DNA of 64,000 bases from Chiloscyllium plagiosum. Its lineage: Eukaryota. A program made the position numbers and the translations under genes. The notes beneath the pieces were generated by a model, which was not told where the DNA came from, made no database searches, and saw only the letters and a list, made by a program, of their open reading frames with translations. The first letter of the stretch is position 1. Each line of letters starts with the position of its first letter. This document shows positions 10,868 through 25,039 of the stretch, piece after piece. The stretch is taken from positions 76,966,685 to 77,030,684 of the forward strand of contig NC_057711.1 in assembly GCF_004010195.1 (NCBI RefSeq). Direction: 5' to 3'.

Positions 10868-13686
10868 CGAAGTCAATTTTGGCAATTGGAAAGGGTATGC
10901 TGAAATTGTGTGCGTTATAACTTGCACCTTGTCTGTGTTGGTTGGTTTCACTTTAAAAGCAGTCAAGTCGCTTCTATAGAACGGTCTGTGCCAAAACCTT
11001 GACCCACTCATCCTTTCTATTTCTGCTCAGATTTACGGTGTTTCTCCAGGATTTGTTTCATATTAATTATGCAAATAACCAGCCCAAGGAATATTCCTCA
11101 CTCTTCACTTGGTGAACGCAGACAATGGAGGGTGAAAATCCATTTAGTTTGGGAATCTCTGCAAACTTCTCTCATAAGTTCAAAGTAGTAATGATAAATG
11201 GTAGGCCAATGGTTCGATCACAGTCAGTAAGAGTACTGCGTAATTTTGTGTTTCTCAGTTAAAGAAAGGACGGAAAGAAATCATAGTGAATAGATAGCAT
11301 GGGTTCAACTAGTGATGGATTGAATAGTAATGAAAAGCCATAGGAATGAGAACAAAATCTCAGACTGGAGCACAAAAGGTTAAGAGGAAATTAAATAGAA
11401 CAAAAGATACAGACTGCACTAGATAGTCAATATTAAAGCCTCCAGTTGAGATGTCAACAAGAGATTTATTTATTCAGACACTCACTTAAATTTGAAACTT
11501 CATTGATAAAAATATCAAAAAATTTAAAATATGGAGGTAATCTATTCATACAATTATACTTTATTTTAACCTTCAAAAGAAAATCTTTCAAATATTGCCT
11601 TCTATGTTTTTAGATTCGTTAAAAACAAATAATGGTGCTGAAGAAACATTGGTAGCTGAACTACAGAAGGTTACCTCTTTGAAATGCTGAAAATCATTAA
11701 ATGGACATCGTGTTAATTTGGTTTCCATACTCTAGGATGATGACATCCTAGATTCAGTTCCCCAAGCACTTAAAATTTCAGAGGAATAAATAAAAGATTT
11801 GACTAATATGTATTTTAGTTACAAATACTCTATTCAATGCTATTGTGTAAGAACCAGGGAAATGAGGGAAGGAATTTAATGAGACTAAAACGTTTTAAAT
11901 TTAACTGGATATTGTCAAGATTTGACTGTTGATCCTTTGAGGTGATATGATTTGGGAGAAACATTCCTTCGACATGATTAACAAAGGCCTGTAGAAAGAC
12001 TAGGCTTGATAGTTATTTCATGCTTTCTTGTCTTTTTGAATAAAGGCAAAACATGTTGCCCAGATTAATGCCTTTTAGAAGAAGTTGGAGAAAACAGAAG
12101 TATCCTTCCAAAAGCAAATTTTAAAAACTACAAAAAGTAAGTTCAGAAAAAAATACTAAAGCTTAAAATCATAGACATACTTTCATCAGCCTCATTTTTA
12201 TATGTTGCTTTCTCACTTTTCCAATGAAGGAATTTTAGCTGTTTGTGTCATTACTTGCTGTAACTGTCGAATGAGTTCTAATTATGAATGAAAAGCAGTA
12301 ACACAACTGCCAACATACGTTGAAGTTTTGAACAATAAGGTCAAAAACTGATTTAGGACGACAGCAAATTTAGCCTCATCAAAAAATTACATTTATGATT
12401 TTGGTCATCTTTATTGCTGGCCTGATATTTCATTCTTAGTGATTCTCTGACTGTTAAAATATTTGCCATTGTAAATAGCCAATGAACTACAAAATTTGAT
12501 GTACAAACATGTGCTGAGTTTGTTCACTTAAGTCTTTATTATTTAATGTTCTTTGTACATTTTTCACCACAATTAGTATTTGCACTAATTTAAACCTCAC
12601 TAGAATAAATGAATTTTAATTAACTTTCTTTTTCTGGTATTTGTCTCAAATATAATTTAATATAACCATAAACTGAATATGCAGAGCTCTCAGTCTAACC
12701 GCTTCTCAAACAAGCCATGGGCACTGCACAGTTTACAACTGTCTCACTCTGGGAGAATGCACCTTTACTTTCTCACAGTCAAAATTGAAATGAGTACAAA
12801 CAGTATCTCTCAATTTACAGCGGAAAGCCTCTCTCTCAATTATTAATTCTTTTTTTCAGAAAGTAATGGGTGTGAGACATGAAAAAAATGCCATGATATT
12901 ATCCACTTGAACGTATACTGGTTGGGGCTGTGGCAGACTATAAGCACATAAGGCAAGCAATTTCACTCTAAACCTAAAGAAGGTGAAATTTTCCCCTTCC
13001 TGGAACCACTGACTGATTACTGCCTTCCTGGCAGGTGGAAAAAGTGACTGCTTTCAGACAGGGAACCCAGAGCGACTTGTCTGCTGGAATGGGATGGGAA
13101 TACAAGGGTAACATTTGCCCCAGTACTAAGGACGGAGGGCAGCTGCTGAAAGACACCCCACCGCCTTTGTCTCTGACATCTACCTGCTCCCTGTGGCCAG
13201 TTCACCCCTAAAAATAAGACAGCCATGCTCACCAATGCAGCTCTTCCCTGCTGTGCAGCCTGGGCCTCCAGCAACATTCTTTATTCAGTTCCTGCCAGCC
13301 TCAGTGTGGGCAGGACTTCAGGGGCAGCTCCTGATTGATGATAGGCTTGTCGGCCAGCACCTAAGTACTTAATTGGTGCCTAAGCTGACGAGCTTTCTAG
13401 TTGGTGTAGGTGGGGAGTTAACCACCCCGGAGGTCAACTACCCCAATGTGCACTTCACAGCACACTAAATACTGGCCAAGGTGTTTAACTCTTAATGCCT
13501 TAATTTTCCAACTGTATTGAAATGAAACAGGGAACCTGCTAGTAATAAAATACTTTTTATACATTTCTTAGCATGACTTTTATTTCAAGGTTGTCCAATC
13601 GATAAGCCGCAGTTTATGAATCTTAACAACTGCTAGCAAATAGCTCCCTCTAGTGACAGTGCAAGATATTTATTTGCAATGTGGTT

Positions 13687-13736
13687 TATAATGGATAGTA
13701 TATTCAATGAAGTTATTGAATATACTATCCATTATA
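13687..13736. repeat. Perfect 22-bp inverted repeat with 6-nt spacer
   Basis: tataatggatagtatattcaat-gaagtt-attgaatatactatccattata. Confidence 0.95.
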
Positions 13737-14089
13737 GTATATAATCGTAATCGAGAGTAATGCCAATATTAAATTAGTTTTGCCATTAGTGACAATGTTA
13801 AGAATAGTCTGAAGCAGGTGTTTTGTTTTACCTGCCACCCCATTCCACCGTCTTCATATTAGAGCAATCACTGGAATTTATACATTTATGCTTCAGCAAT
13901 GGCCCCGCCAAAAAAGAGTTAGCTATCTTGCCCCGAAAAGTTATAATTGCAGCACTAATGTATCTTCAGTAGTTCTCAAAACTTTTAAAAATATTAACAA
14001 ATGCGTAATGCAGGGGTTATTTCCAATTCATTAATTCATCCATTGACTTTCCAATGAGTATATATTGTTGCGTGAATTGGAACAAAATT

Positions 14090-14990
14090 GAAAGCACAAG
14101 GGGAATCCATTTGACCCACAATACCCAAGCTGACTGATGAAGATCTCCCAGCTCTTAGTTCACCCTCCACCTTCGGAGTGCAACACTCTCCCCGAAGATC
14201 CTCTTTAAATCTCTTGCCTCAACCAAAATGGAAGCTCTTGGTTTATGGACCATTCAACCAAGGGGTGTAGGGATTTTCCATCCTGTCTAGACCCCAAATG
14301 ATTGAATGTACTTCAACTAATTCTCCCCTCAGCATCCTGTGTTCTGTAGAAAACAACTCTCATCTACACAATCATTCCTCATAATTAAAATTCTCCAGTC
14401 CTGGCAACATTTGTTAAATTTCCTGTGCACGCCTTCTAATGTAAGTACTTCTTTTTTATGACATGATGATCAGAACCTTGTGCAGTCTTCCACTGTAGCA
14501 TGTTTTATATGGTTCTAGTAAACTTCCCTGCAGTAATAATCTATGCTTTGTCTGAAAAAGATAGGCTAAACTGCATGTCTTATTAATTACCTCACTGATC
14601 TGTGCTGCCATCTTTGAGACTTTGTAGTAATATACTCCAGGGTCTCTGTTCCTCTGCACTTCTCAGTCCCTTTCCACTCACTACAGATTTGATTATGAAA
14701 TAGACCTCAAGTGCATTATCTCACACTCTTTGAATGAACTCCAATAGTCACTTTCATTCAGTTGATAAGTCCATTGATAGCTTCCTGCAGTCTATCACTT
14801 TCATTATCCAATTACAAGGCCAATAATTGTATTACCTGAAAACTTCTGAATGATATCTCCAAGTCCAAAACACTAATACATAACACAAAAAGTAAAAGGA
14901 CTTAGTACTGAGCCCTTGGAATTTAACTAGAAACAGTGTTTCAGCACAAGTTTACCCTTTGCTGCTTACCTCTGAGCCAACATTGGAAGC
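14090..14990 (-). mobile_element. Old CR1 LINE 3' fragment
   Basis: Reverse complement shows degenerate CR1 3' landmarks (ttctccagtcctggcaacat, ttctcccctcagcatcc, actgagcccttgg). Confidence 0.6.
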
Positions 14991-15084
14991 ATTCACTATG
15001 AAAGATAGAACTATTCATGTGTGCAGCACAAATAAAGAATTAAATATTGAGTCTTTGCTAGTGTAATTCTAGTGTCCCCTCGTG

Positions 15085-17840
15085 CTAGCCATCACAATCC
15101 GAGGAAAAAGGCTCTCACTGTCCATCCTATCTAACCCTCTGATTATCTTATATGTTTCAATTAAGTCACCTCTCAATCTTCTCTCTAACAAAACAACCTC
15201 AAGTCCCTCAGCCTTTCCTCATAAGACCTTCCCTCCATACTAGGCAACATCCTAGTAAATCTCCTCTGTACCATCCTTCCTATAAAGCTTCCACATCCTT
15301 CCTATAAAGTGGTGACCAGAACTGTTCGCAATACTCCAAGTGCGGCTGCACCAGAGTTTGTACAGCTGCAGCGCGATCTCATGGTTCCGAAATTCAATCC
15401 CTCTACCAAAAACAATTAACATACCACATGCCTTCTTAATAACCCTGTCAACCTGGGTGGCAACTTTCAAGGATCTACTTGCCTGTTCACTGAGGTCTCT
15501 CTGCTCATCTACGCCAACAACAATCTTACCATTACCCCAGTACTCTGCATTCCTGTTATTCCTTCCGAAGTGTATCACCTCACACTTTTCCACATTAAAC
15601 TCTATTTGCTACCTCTCAGCCCAGCTCTGCAGCTTATCCATGTCCCTCTGTAACCTACAACATCCTTTGTCACTATCCACAACTCTACCGACTTTAGTGT
15701 TATCCGCAAATTTACTAACCCATCCTTCTATGCTCTCATCCAGGTCATTTATAAAAATAGCAAACAACAATGGACCCAAAACAGATCCTGTGGTACCCCA
15801 CTAGTAACTGAACTCCAGGGTGAATATTTCCCATCAACCACCATCCTCTGTCTTCGTTCAGCTAGCTAATTTCTGATCCAAACCGCTAAATCACATTCAA
15901 TCCCATGCCTCCGTATTTTATGCAGTAGCCTACTGTGGGGAACCTTATCAAACACCTTACTGAAATCCATATACACCACATCAACCACTTTACCCTCATC
16001 CACCTGTTTGGTCACCTTTTCAAAGAACTCAATAAAGTTTGTGAGGCACGATTTACCCTTCACAAAATCATGTTGACTATCCCTAATCAACTTACTCCTT
16101 TCTAGATAATTATAAATCCTCTCTCTTATAACCTTCTCCAACACTTTACCCACAACTGTAATAATGCTCACGGGTTTATAATTTCCAGGATTGTCTCTAC
16201 TCCCCTCCTTGAACAAGGGAATAAAATTTGCTACCCTCCAGTCTTCTGACACTATTCCTGTCGACAATGACCACATAAAGATCAACGCCAATGGCTCGGC
16301 AATCTCCTCTCTAGCTTCTCAGGGAATCCTAGGATAAATCCCATCCGCCCTAGGGGACTTATCTATTTTCACACTTTCCAGAATTGCTAACACCTTCTCC
16401 TTGTGTCCCTCAATCCCATCTAGTCTAGTAGCCTGCATCTCAGTATCCACCTCAACCACATTGTCTTTTTCTAGTGTGAATACTAATGAAAAGTATTCAT
16501 TTAGTGCTTCCCCATCTCCCCTGGCTCCATGCACAACTTCTCACTACTATCGTTGATTGGCCCTAATCCTACTCTAGTCATCCTTTTATTCCTGATATAC
16601 CAAAAGAAAACCTTAGGGTTTTCCTTGATCCTATCTGCCAATGACTTCTCATGTCCCCTCCTGGCTCTTCTTACCTCTCCCCTTAGGTCTTGCCTGGCTA
16701 ACCTGTAACTCGCAAGTGCCCTAACTGAGCCATCACATCTCATCCTAACATAAGCCTTCTTCTTCCTCTTGACAAGAGATTCAACTTCCTTAGTAAACCA
16801 CAGCTCTCTCGCTTGATAACTTCCTCCCTGCCTGACAGCTATATACTTAGCAAGGACCTGCAGTATCTGGGGTCCTTCATTAAACTCCACATTTCAATTG
16901 TGCCCATCCCCTGAAATTTCCTTCCCCATCTTTGGCATCCTAAATCTTGCCTAATTGCATCGTAATTGCCTTTTCCCCAGCTATAATCTTGCCCTGCGGT
17001 ATACAGCTATCCCTTTCCATCATTAAAGTAAACATAACCTAATTGTGGTCACTATCACCAAAATGCTCACCTATGTCCAAATCTAATACCTGGCCGGGTT
17101 CATTACCTAGTACCTAATCTAATGTGGCCTCACTCTTGTTGGCCTGTCTACATACTGTGTCAGGAAACCCTTCTGCACACATTGGACAAAAACTGATCCA
17201 TCAAAAGTACTTGAACTATTGTATTCCCAGTCAATATTTGGAAAGTTAAAGACCCCATAACAACTACCCTGTCACTCTTGCTCCTATCGAGGATCATCTT
17301 TGCTATCCTATCCTCAACATCTCTGGAACTATTCAGAGGCTGACAGAAAACTCCCAACAAGGCAACCTCTCTTTTCCTGTTTCTAATCTCAGCCCATACT
17401 ACCTCAGTAGACGAGTCCTCAAATGTCCTTTCTGAAACCATAATACTGTCCTTGACTAACAATGCCACACCACCCCATCTTTTACCGCTTTCCCTGTTCT
17501 TACTGAAACATCCAAATCCTGGAACATGCAATTCCTGTCCCTGCTCTACCTATATCTCTGAAATGCCACAATGTTGAAGTCCCAGGTCCCAACCCATGCA
17601 GCAAGTTCACCCACCTTGTTCTGGATGTTCCTGCCATTGAAGTAGACACTCTTGAAACTAACTTCTTGCTTGTCAGTGTCTTCATTCATCCTTAGTTCTG
17701 ATCTCACTACTCTCAAACTCCTGTGTACTCAAACTACAATTTTCATTCCCAACCTCCTGCTGAATTAGTTTAAACCCACCTGAAGAGAATTAGCAAATTC
17801 CACCCCCCCCCCCGAGGATATTGGTACTCCTCTGGTTCAG
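15085..17840 (-). mobile_element. CR1 LINE, long decayed copy (end of ORF1, endonuclease, RT)
   Basis: GGVALLVKDSI (APE endonuclease), IKENPKVFF, EDWRVANFIPLFK, DFSKVFDKVPH, MEKCEVIHFGRNN, with frameshifts. Confidence 0.93.
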
Positions 17841-18684
17841 GCAGCCTTCTATTTCTGTGATGCAAAACAAAAACGATGCACATATCATAACTGCAGTAAT
17901 TCTGTTTAACACACCTTATGCCTAAATTGTTTTAAAAGAAAGCAATTCTTCCTTTTCCGACCATTTTGAGAAATTGAGAATCAATACAGTCAAATCTGAG
18001 CTTTAACACTGTTATAACAGCTGCAGAGAATTACTATCCCCATAATTACATTTGAAATATTATATATTCAACTATTCATCTTAAAGAAACTTTAAGTCCA
18101 TCAAGATTATTATTGATGACGCTGCATTTGCAAGCTTTGTGGAAATTCAAATGCTGAGTGGCTAACTTCCATCTGAATTGATGAGGGCAGCACCCTCCAA
18201 GACTGAATTTATTTCTGTAGCATTAGAGAGATTATATTCTATGGGCTATAAACAGGCAAATTATTATGGAAAGATTCATGAGACTTAAATCAGGTTAAGA
18301 GGAATCCAAATATCATATCAATTGAAATCAAATAATAATCAGTATAAAAATTTATGTAAAATTTTAGTATTTCTCTTCATTGAGAAGTACACTAAATATC
18401 ATAACTGTGAAAGCAGGTGAAACACAATGCCAAAGGTAATCTTCACTTGCTAAACTTGAATCGTTGCAAAATATACTTGAATAGAAATTTGTGTATTCTA
18501 ACATGATGCCACCAAGTCTTGTGTATCAACCAGCCACTAACTCTTTCATTTTTATTCTTGCTAATTAACAATAAATACAGAATAAATTCATAATACTCAG
18601 TTGCATTAAATACATGAAGCTGATTTTAACTCTGAATTGGGTGGATTTAATGGACAATATACATCTATGTACATACAAATGAAC

Positions 18685-19040
18685 CAAGAGCAAAAGTCGT
18701 CCATTCAGATCTCCAGGCCTGCTCAGTGATCAGTAGCTGATCGGTTTATGTTTTGAGTTCCACATTCACAATTATCTCAGATAGTTATTCTTATTTACCT
18801 GCTATACCTGATCAGTAATCTTTTGTGACTCATTCACCAGACCACCTGGATGCCTGTGTACCTCACCATTTTCCAGTTGTTTTCCATTTAAGTAGTACTG
18901 TTATAGTTGTCCTGTCAAAGTGAACAACTTGATATTCTCCAATCTGTCAAATTTTTGCCCTTCATGCAATCTATCTTTATCAGTCTGAAATCTCAAGTCC
19001 TTTTCAGAAAATATTTCCTACTTAGTGTTATCTGCAAAAT
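18685..19040 (-). mobile_element. Old CR1 fragment
   Basis: 3'-end-like gagcaaaagtcgtccattcag..., and gtgttatctgcaaaa (FADN in reverse). Confidence 0.45.
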
Positions 19041-20150
19041 TGGATTAATATCAGAACCATTTAGTACAAGCAGACCATGAGATATACGGTGTAGAGCTCT
19101 ATTGCTATTGTCCTAAGACCCTTAGAATCTCAGAAGAAAATGTGTTTACGTATTACAACTAGATCCTTTAAGAAACTTTTTGTCTTGAATGATTCGGAGA
19201 GAGATTAATTAATTAGAGGTTGCTTCATGTGTAGTTACAGTAAATTGAAATACTCTTCACTCTGTTCATCATGATTTCATACAGGATCTACAATCATCAG
19301 GAGACAAGATAGCTCAACTGAACTTCAAAAAAATATAATTATTTTCTAAATTTACAATGTAAATCCCATCCTATTATAACTGTTTTCAACTCATCAAAAT
19401 CACACTAGGGGACAGGTGGTACAAATTGCTCTATGGCATTGAAGTGAAATTTATTTTCATAAAGCAATTTGTAAATCTGTAAATTTAAATGTGCTTGTGT
19501 AATTTGAGGTATCAAATCACAGTGTGAAAAACATTTTAGTAGATCTGTGACTCATAGTTGAATCAAATTATATCCTAGAGTGAATTCAGTTATTCAGAAT
19601 TTGAAGAGACTCTTTAGCAACTGTTGCTATTTTTCATTGTCCATTACTAATAGTATTCATATTCAGTTTTGCATTTAACGGAATCTTATTTTAATAATCC
19701 TTCAACATTACGTCTGACTCCCTTCAATATACATTTGAAAATAAACATTTACATAAATGACTATTTATCAATGCAGTAATTTTTGAAGATAATATTAGGA
19801 TGTATTTCTCATCTCAAAATGCATGACAACTATTAAACACAGATTGAAAATGAGCCAATTGACTTTAATCCTAATTAGACTTCAATCAGACATCAAACTA
19901 TAATGTGAAATCACAGCATTTTATCAAATCAGAATGTTAAAAAAGGCAAAGCAATAAACGTTAGAAAAACACACTTGCTCTTAGCTGTTGTCTTTTATGT
20001 CATTGTTGTTTTACACACAAAGTTGCATTGCACTTAATGAAATAAATGGCTAGTCAATCTGTTTTTGGATGTGTTGCTTTAAGAATAATAGCTGGCCAGA
20101 GCACTGAAGATTTTCTGTTCTCCAAATAATAGGAAAATCTACATCCATTT

Positions 20151-20443
20151 GGTGGCACAGTGGTTAGCACTGCTGCCTCACAGCACCAGAGACCCAGATT
20201 TAATTCTCCCCTTGGACAAATGTATGTGTGGAGTTTGCACATTCTCTCCCTGTCTGCGTGGGTTTCCTCCAGGTGCTCCGGTTTCCTCCCACAGTCCAAA
20301 GATGTGGGGTTAGGTGAATTGGCCATGCTAATTTGCCCGAAAGGGGAATGGGTCTGGGTGGGTTGTTCTTCGGAGGATCGGTGTGGACTTGTTGGGCCAA
20401 AGGGCCTGTTTCCCTACTGTAAGTAATCTAATCTAATCTAATC
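20151..20443 (+). mobile_element. HE1/V-SINE
   Basis: Same head, body and (taatc)n tail as 7119-7442, with a small internal deletion. Confidence 0.9.
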
Positions 20444-21319
20444 AGAAGTTTGTGAGCTTTCCTACTTTAACTACCCTCCCAGCCGGTGCTTTCCAGATTC
20501 CTGCCATCCTCAATAGGATTTGAATCTATGGTCTCCTAAGAATAAAATTCCATCACTCCTTAAATATCTGTGTGCCATTTCTAATATATTATTTAACACA
20601 TTTATATCAAGCTCCTGTGCAATTGACACCAACAGAATCATTAATAGATGTGAAAAAAAACTCCTAGTTTATTACACAGATGTAGCAAGCATTCTGAGGT
20701 TTCGATTTAAATCACACACAACTGATAAATCTATGGTAAACTAAATTAACAAATACAGTGAATCTCTGTTATAATGCAAAAGTTTGAGTCTGCATATTGT
20801 ATTGTAGCTGCAGTGTATTAATAAGAAAACATTATTCTTTCTTATTTTAACTGGCAATTTTAAGAATTAAATAATTAAGCCACAAGACTCTCACACTATT
20901 CAATGAATACCCACTATATGGACATCTAAATGAAATGGTCTGTGTCCATCAGCAGGTCTCCGATCAATCTGGAGTTGATCCAGTCCAGTTAAAAAGTTAA
21001 TGAACAATTAATAGCCACCAGGGTGAGCCTGCCGGCAGCAGGAGGAAGATGTAGGCTGCTCACCCGATGTAGCAGGCAGTACGTCCAGACTTGGAGCCAG
21101 CAGGCCATTTGGGTCACCACCTTTGGTTTAAAGGACAGTGCTAGGTGCAGCAGGGGTAAGTGCTTTGTGCAAGGAACATTGAAATCTAGTATTTCTTAAA
21201 CATTTGGATGTTTTCACAGAGGTAAGTGTGATTTTTTTTGTCATTTCAATGATTTACCCAAAGGGAAACTGTTATGACCTTTGTCAGGGAAGACAGAGCC
21301 ATGGAATACAATATTTTTT

Positions 21320-22500
21320 ATTTGTTCATGGAATAAGGGCATTTCTGGCTAAGTCAGCATTTATTGGCTGTAAGCTGCCTTCTCAAACTGCTACACCCAC
21401 AGTGCTCTGATGGAGAGTGTTCTGGGTTTTGACAGTTGCAGGGAAAAAAATAATATAGTTCCAAGTCAGAATGCTGCGTGGAACTTACAGATGGTGGTGT
21501 TCCTATGTATCTGCTGCCCTTGTCCTTCCAAAGTGCCAGAAGTTGGGAGTTTAGAAGATTCTGTCAAAGGAGGCTTGGTGAGATACAGCTGTGCCTCTTG
21601 AAGATGGCACATTCTGCTGCCATTTTGTAATGGTGATGAAGTGAGTGAGTGTTGAAGGCAGTGGATGGCATGCCACTCAAGTGAGATGCTTTCTCCTGGA
21701 AGGTGTCAAACACCGAGTGTTGATGGAGCTGTATCCATCCAGACATGTGGAGAGTATTTTATCACACGCCTGACAAATGTTTTGTAGCAGATGGACAGCA
21801 ACTGGGGAGACAGAGGGTAAGTTACTCACCACTAAATTCTCAGCATCTGACCTGCTCTTGTAGCTACAGTATTTATATTGCTTATCCAGTTTTTTCTCTG
21901 GTCAATTGTAACCCCTAGGATGCTGATAGTGGAGGATTACGTGATGGTAATGCCTGCCTCTAAATGTCTAAGGACAGTGGTTAGATTCTATCTTGCTTGA
22001 GAGGTCATTGACTGCCACCTGTGTGATGTGAATGATGTTTGCTTAAGCCTGCATACTGTCTAAGTCTCGATACACATCAGCATGGACAGCTCAAGTATCC
22101 AAAGCATAGTGAATATTGGTGAACTTGGGGCAATCATCATCAAACATCTTCACTTCTGACACTATGACAGTGGGAGGCTCATTGATGAGATAGCTGAAGA
22201 TTAGTTTGGCTTAGGACACCATCCTGAGGAACTCCTGCAGTGAGGTCCTTCGACAGGGATGAATGCCCTTCAACAACGGTAACCATGTTCCGTTGCGCTT
22301 AGCTTGACTCCAACTAGCACAGAACTTTCTCCCAGTTTCACGCTGATTCCAGTTTTGCTACAGCTCCATGATGACATTATTGGTCAAATACAGACTCGGT
22401 GTCAGGGTAATCCCTCCCACTCCTGCCTAGCCTCATCGCAGGAGTTCAGCTCTTCAGTCTAAATACAGACCAGAGCTGTACTGAGTTCAGGAGCTGAGCA
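21320..22500 (-). mobile_element. CR1/L2-group LINE fragment (second family)
   Basis: Reverse complement of the 1120-1730 family (ggagagtattttatcacacgcctgac..., gacctgctcttgtagctacagtatttata). Confidence 0.7.
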
Positions 22501-22999
22501 TCAGTGAGTATCAAGTTAAAATTGCCTAGTTAAACAGTTTGACGGTGGCAGTTAACTATCAATACCTGAGTTTCCTTCCTGCATTAGATGTTGGTTATTC
22601 TAGTGGAAAGTTAAGAAAAATGTGTCTTTCTATAAGAAGGTCTTTTTTAAAGTGCATGGTCGGAGTAGGGGAAAATTTACCTGAGTGAGACAGATAAAGG
22701 GTGAGTAACTGGGAATTTGGGGAAGAGGAGCATGAAAGCACTTTAATTAAGATATACTGCAAGAAATAAACTCTCCAGAAAGAAAGTTGAGTGGGAGATA
22801 AAAGAAAGTGTGCATCATAACGCCTACCTGCACTTAGACCACGAGCGGCATAATGTCACATATGCAAGGAAAGCAGCTGATTGGTGAGTAGGTTTAGTCA
22901 GTATTTCTAATCTTTCAAATGTAAGTTGGATATTTAGTTTGCATTTAAGTCTGTAGACTTTTTTTCTCTTTTGCTCAGGAATAGCTTGCTGGGTTTCAT

Positions 23000-23650
23000 A
23001 TTAAGTTCATTATAATTCAAAAGATAACAAAATAGTTTTAAGAGTTAGGGGATGGCAGGCCAGAAGGGCCAAGTGAGGCACACATCATGAGGCAGAGTAC
23101 GCGAGTAGTACATATAGGGAGGTAGTCTCACCACAGATCAAAAGTGCACTAACAGACAGGGAATGAGTGTCTAGCTGGCAACTAAGAAAACCAGGCAGGT
23201 AATGCAGGAATCCCCCAGAGTCTACTATACTATTGCTGATCGCTATTCCATGTTGGAAAACAGAAAGGGTGCTGGTTTGTCAGGTGAATGCAGCCAGAGC
23301 TACACCCACAGCACTACAGGCAAATCAGAAGTATAGGGCTGGAGGAAGAAAAATGGAAGAGTAACAGTTGTAAGGGTTTTCTTTAAGAAGTGAGTGCAAG
23401 GGAAAACAGGGAACTACAATCTGTTAGCTTTAGAAGGGAAAATGCAAGGATCTATTTTAAAGAATGGGATAAATAGACACTTGGATGATAATGCTATGGT
23501 TAGGCATAGTCAGCATGGATTTGTAGATGTAAAATTGTGCTTGACAAATTTGTCAGGGTTTTTTGAAGATGCTAGTAACAAAATTGATAAAGGAAAGCCA
23601 AAGGGCACAGTATACTTAGATTTTCAGGAGGCTTTTAATAAAGTCCCATT
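23000..23650 (+). mobile_element. Old CR1 fragments (ORF1-like piece plus RT piece)
   Basis: SQHGFVDVKLCLTNLSGFFE..VYLDFQEAFNKVP; upstream caggaatccccc...cgctattcc resembles CR1 ORF1. Confidence 0.7.
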
Positions 23651-24779
23651 CTCTCAGTTCCTCAGCATCCAAGACATCAACTCACTGGCTACTCCACTTG
23701 TACAGAGCATATTGCCCTTGGGTGATATGGCACACATTGTTGGGACTACATGGAGTGGACCACTAGTCTGATACAAGTAGTGAAACTACATCTTCAAAAG
23801 CCCTATACAGTGCTTCATGATGGTCTTGGCTGAGGATGAGCTGTTAACAAGGTGTCAATAAAGTAATAACCACTGTCAATTGGCTTTTCACTGCGACCTA
23901 GTGAGAATCTCATCACACCTTTTGTGAAACACATAAAAAATGGTGCAAGTTGTCCTTGACATTGAGATGGGCTTTACCACTGCTGTCATCCAATTCTGCC
24001 AGATCTCCCCATTGCTCATGTCACTCAGACCCCTTATTTCTATCTCAATGTGCTTTCCAGGTGCTGCCATTATGGAATGTCTTGTACCTGCAATCACATG
24101 CACTTTGAATATGGCTATAATCCACCCTTTCTTTGTCTCCTTCACTGGAGAAATATTGAATGCCCAATAGGATCTTCTGCAGCCTCTGAGGTGGGAAAGG
24201 AAACCTCAGCAAATGCAGTAGCACATCCCTTCTCAGCACCAAACACCAGCACATATACTGTCCCTCGGTGTGAAGTTTCCAAAAAATAAAACTGAGCAGC
24301 TCTCTGGCTATTGAAAGAGTACTGAGTAGAAAGCATGGAGCAGGTTTCTACGTGAAACAAAAATTATTATTTATTATAAGCAATAGACTATAGCTATGGG
24401 TAAACAGAATTGCAAATAAGAATACTAACTAAAACTCTAATCTCCTTAATAATACACCCTTTACCCATACACACGTAAAGAGGCAAGCAAGTTGGGATAA
24501 TAAATTATGGACAGAAGTAGAAGAAAGAAATAGGGTCAATTCAGTGGTCTTTGCTTTCCAATTCCAATGTTGAGATGATTCTACTTTGGCTAACCTTGGT
24601 GTTCAGTTGTTTCGCTCTAGAAACGTCCAGTGGCTTGTACGATGTACAGAGAAACTGACTCACGTGGGAAATGTCTGTAATTTAGCAGTTCAAATATCAC
24701 TGCTCACAGCTATTACTGCTGTAAAAAAAAATCTTTCCTGCAGTAAGTTTTGCTGAGAACAATAGCACATCCTTCTGAG

Positions 24780-24802
24780 TCTCTCTTTCTCTCTCTCTCT
24801 CT
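24780..24802. repeat. (CT)n microsatellite
   Basis: Directly visible. Confidence 0.85.
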
Positions 24803-25039
24803 GCGTCTGTACAACTTGTTTTCAATTCCAAGAGAACCAGTCAACTTCACTTGTAAACAACTCCTCTGCTCACAAAACAGATTTCATACCAGATATTAAA
24901 TTTCTTGCTGTGAAATTATGTAACCATGTTGGTAAATCTGTTATTTAAAGACATTCTGTCTCTTTGCAGTCCACTATTTTTCAAGACAAAAATTTTAAAA
25001 AATGGTTCGTTCATGCTGAAACCTCAACTGCAACATGTG

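Noticed and set aside
12970..13490. GC-richer patches with ttaattgg-type motifs (also about 20860-21160, 27040-27200, 8460-9400, 23700-24290)
   Set aside because: Probably decayed Harbinger-related or other repeats, but family and boundaries cannot be supported by eye.
24658..24800. Extra coding exon ending at donor CAC|gtgagt
   Set aside because: Stops in all frames after the nearest acceptor.
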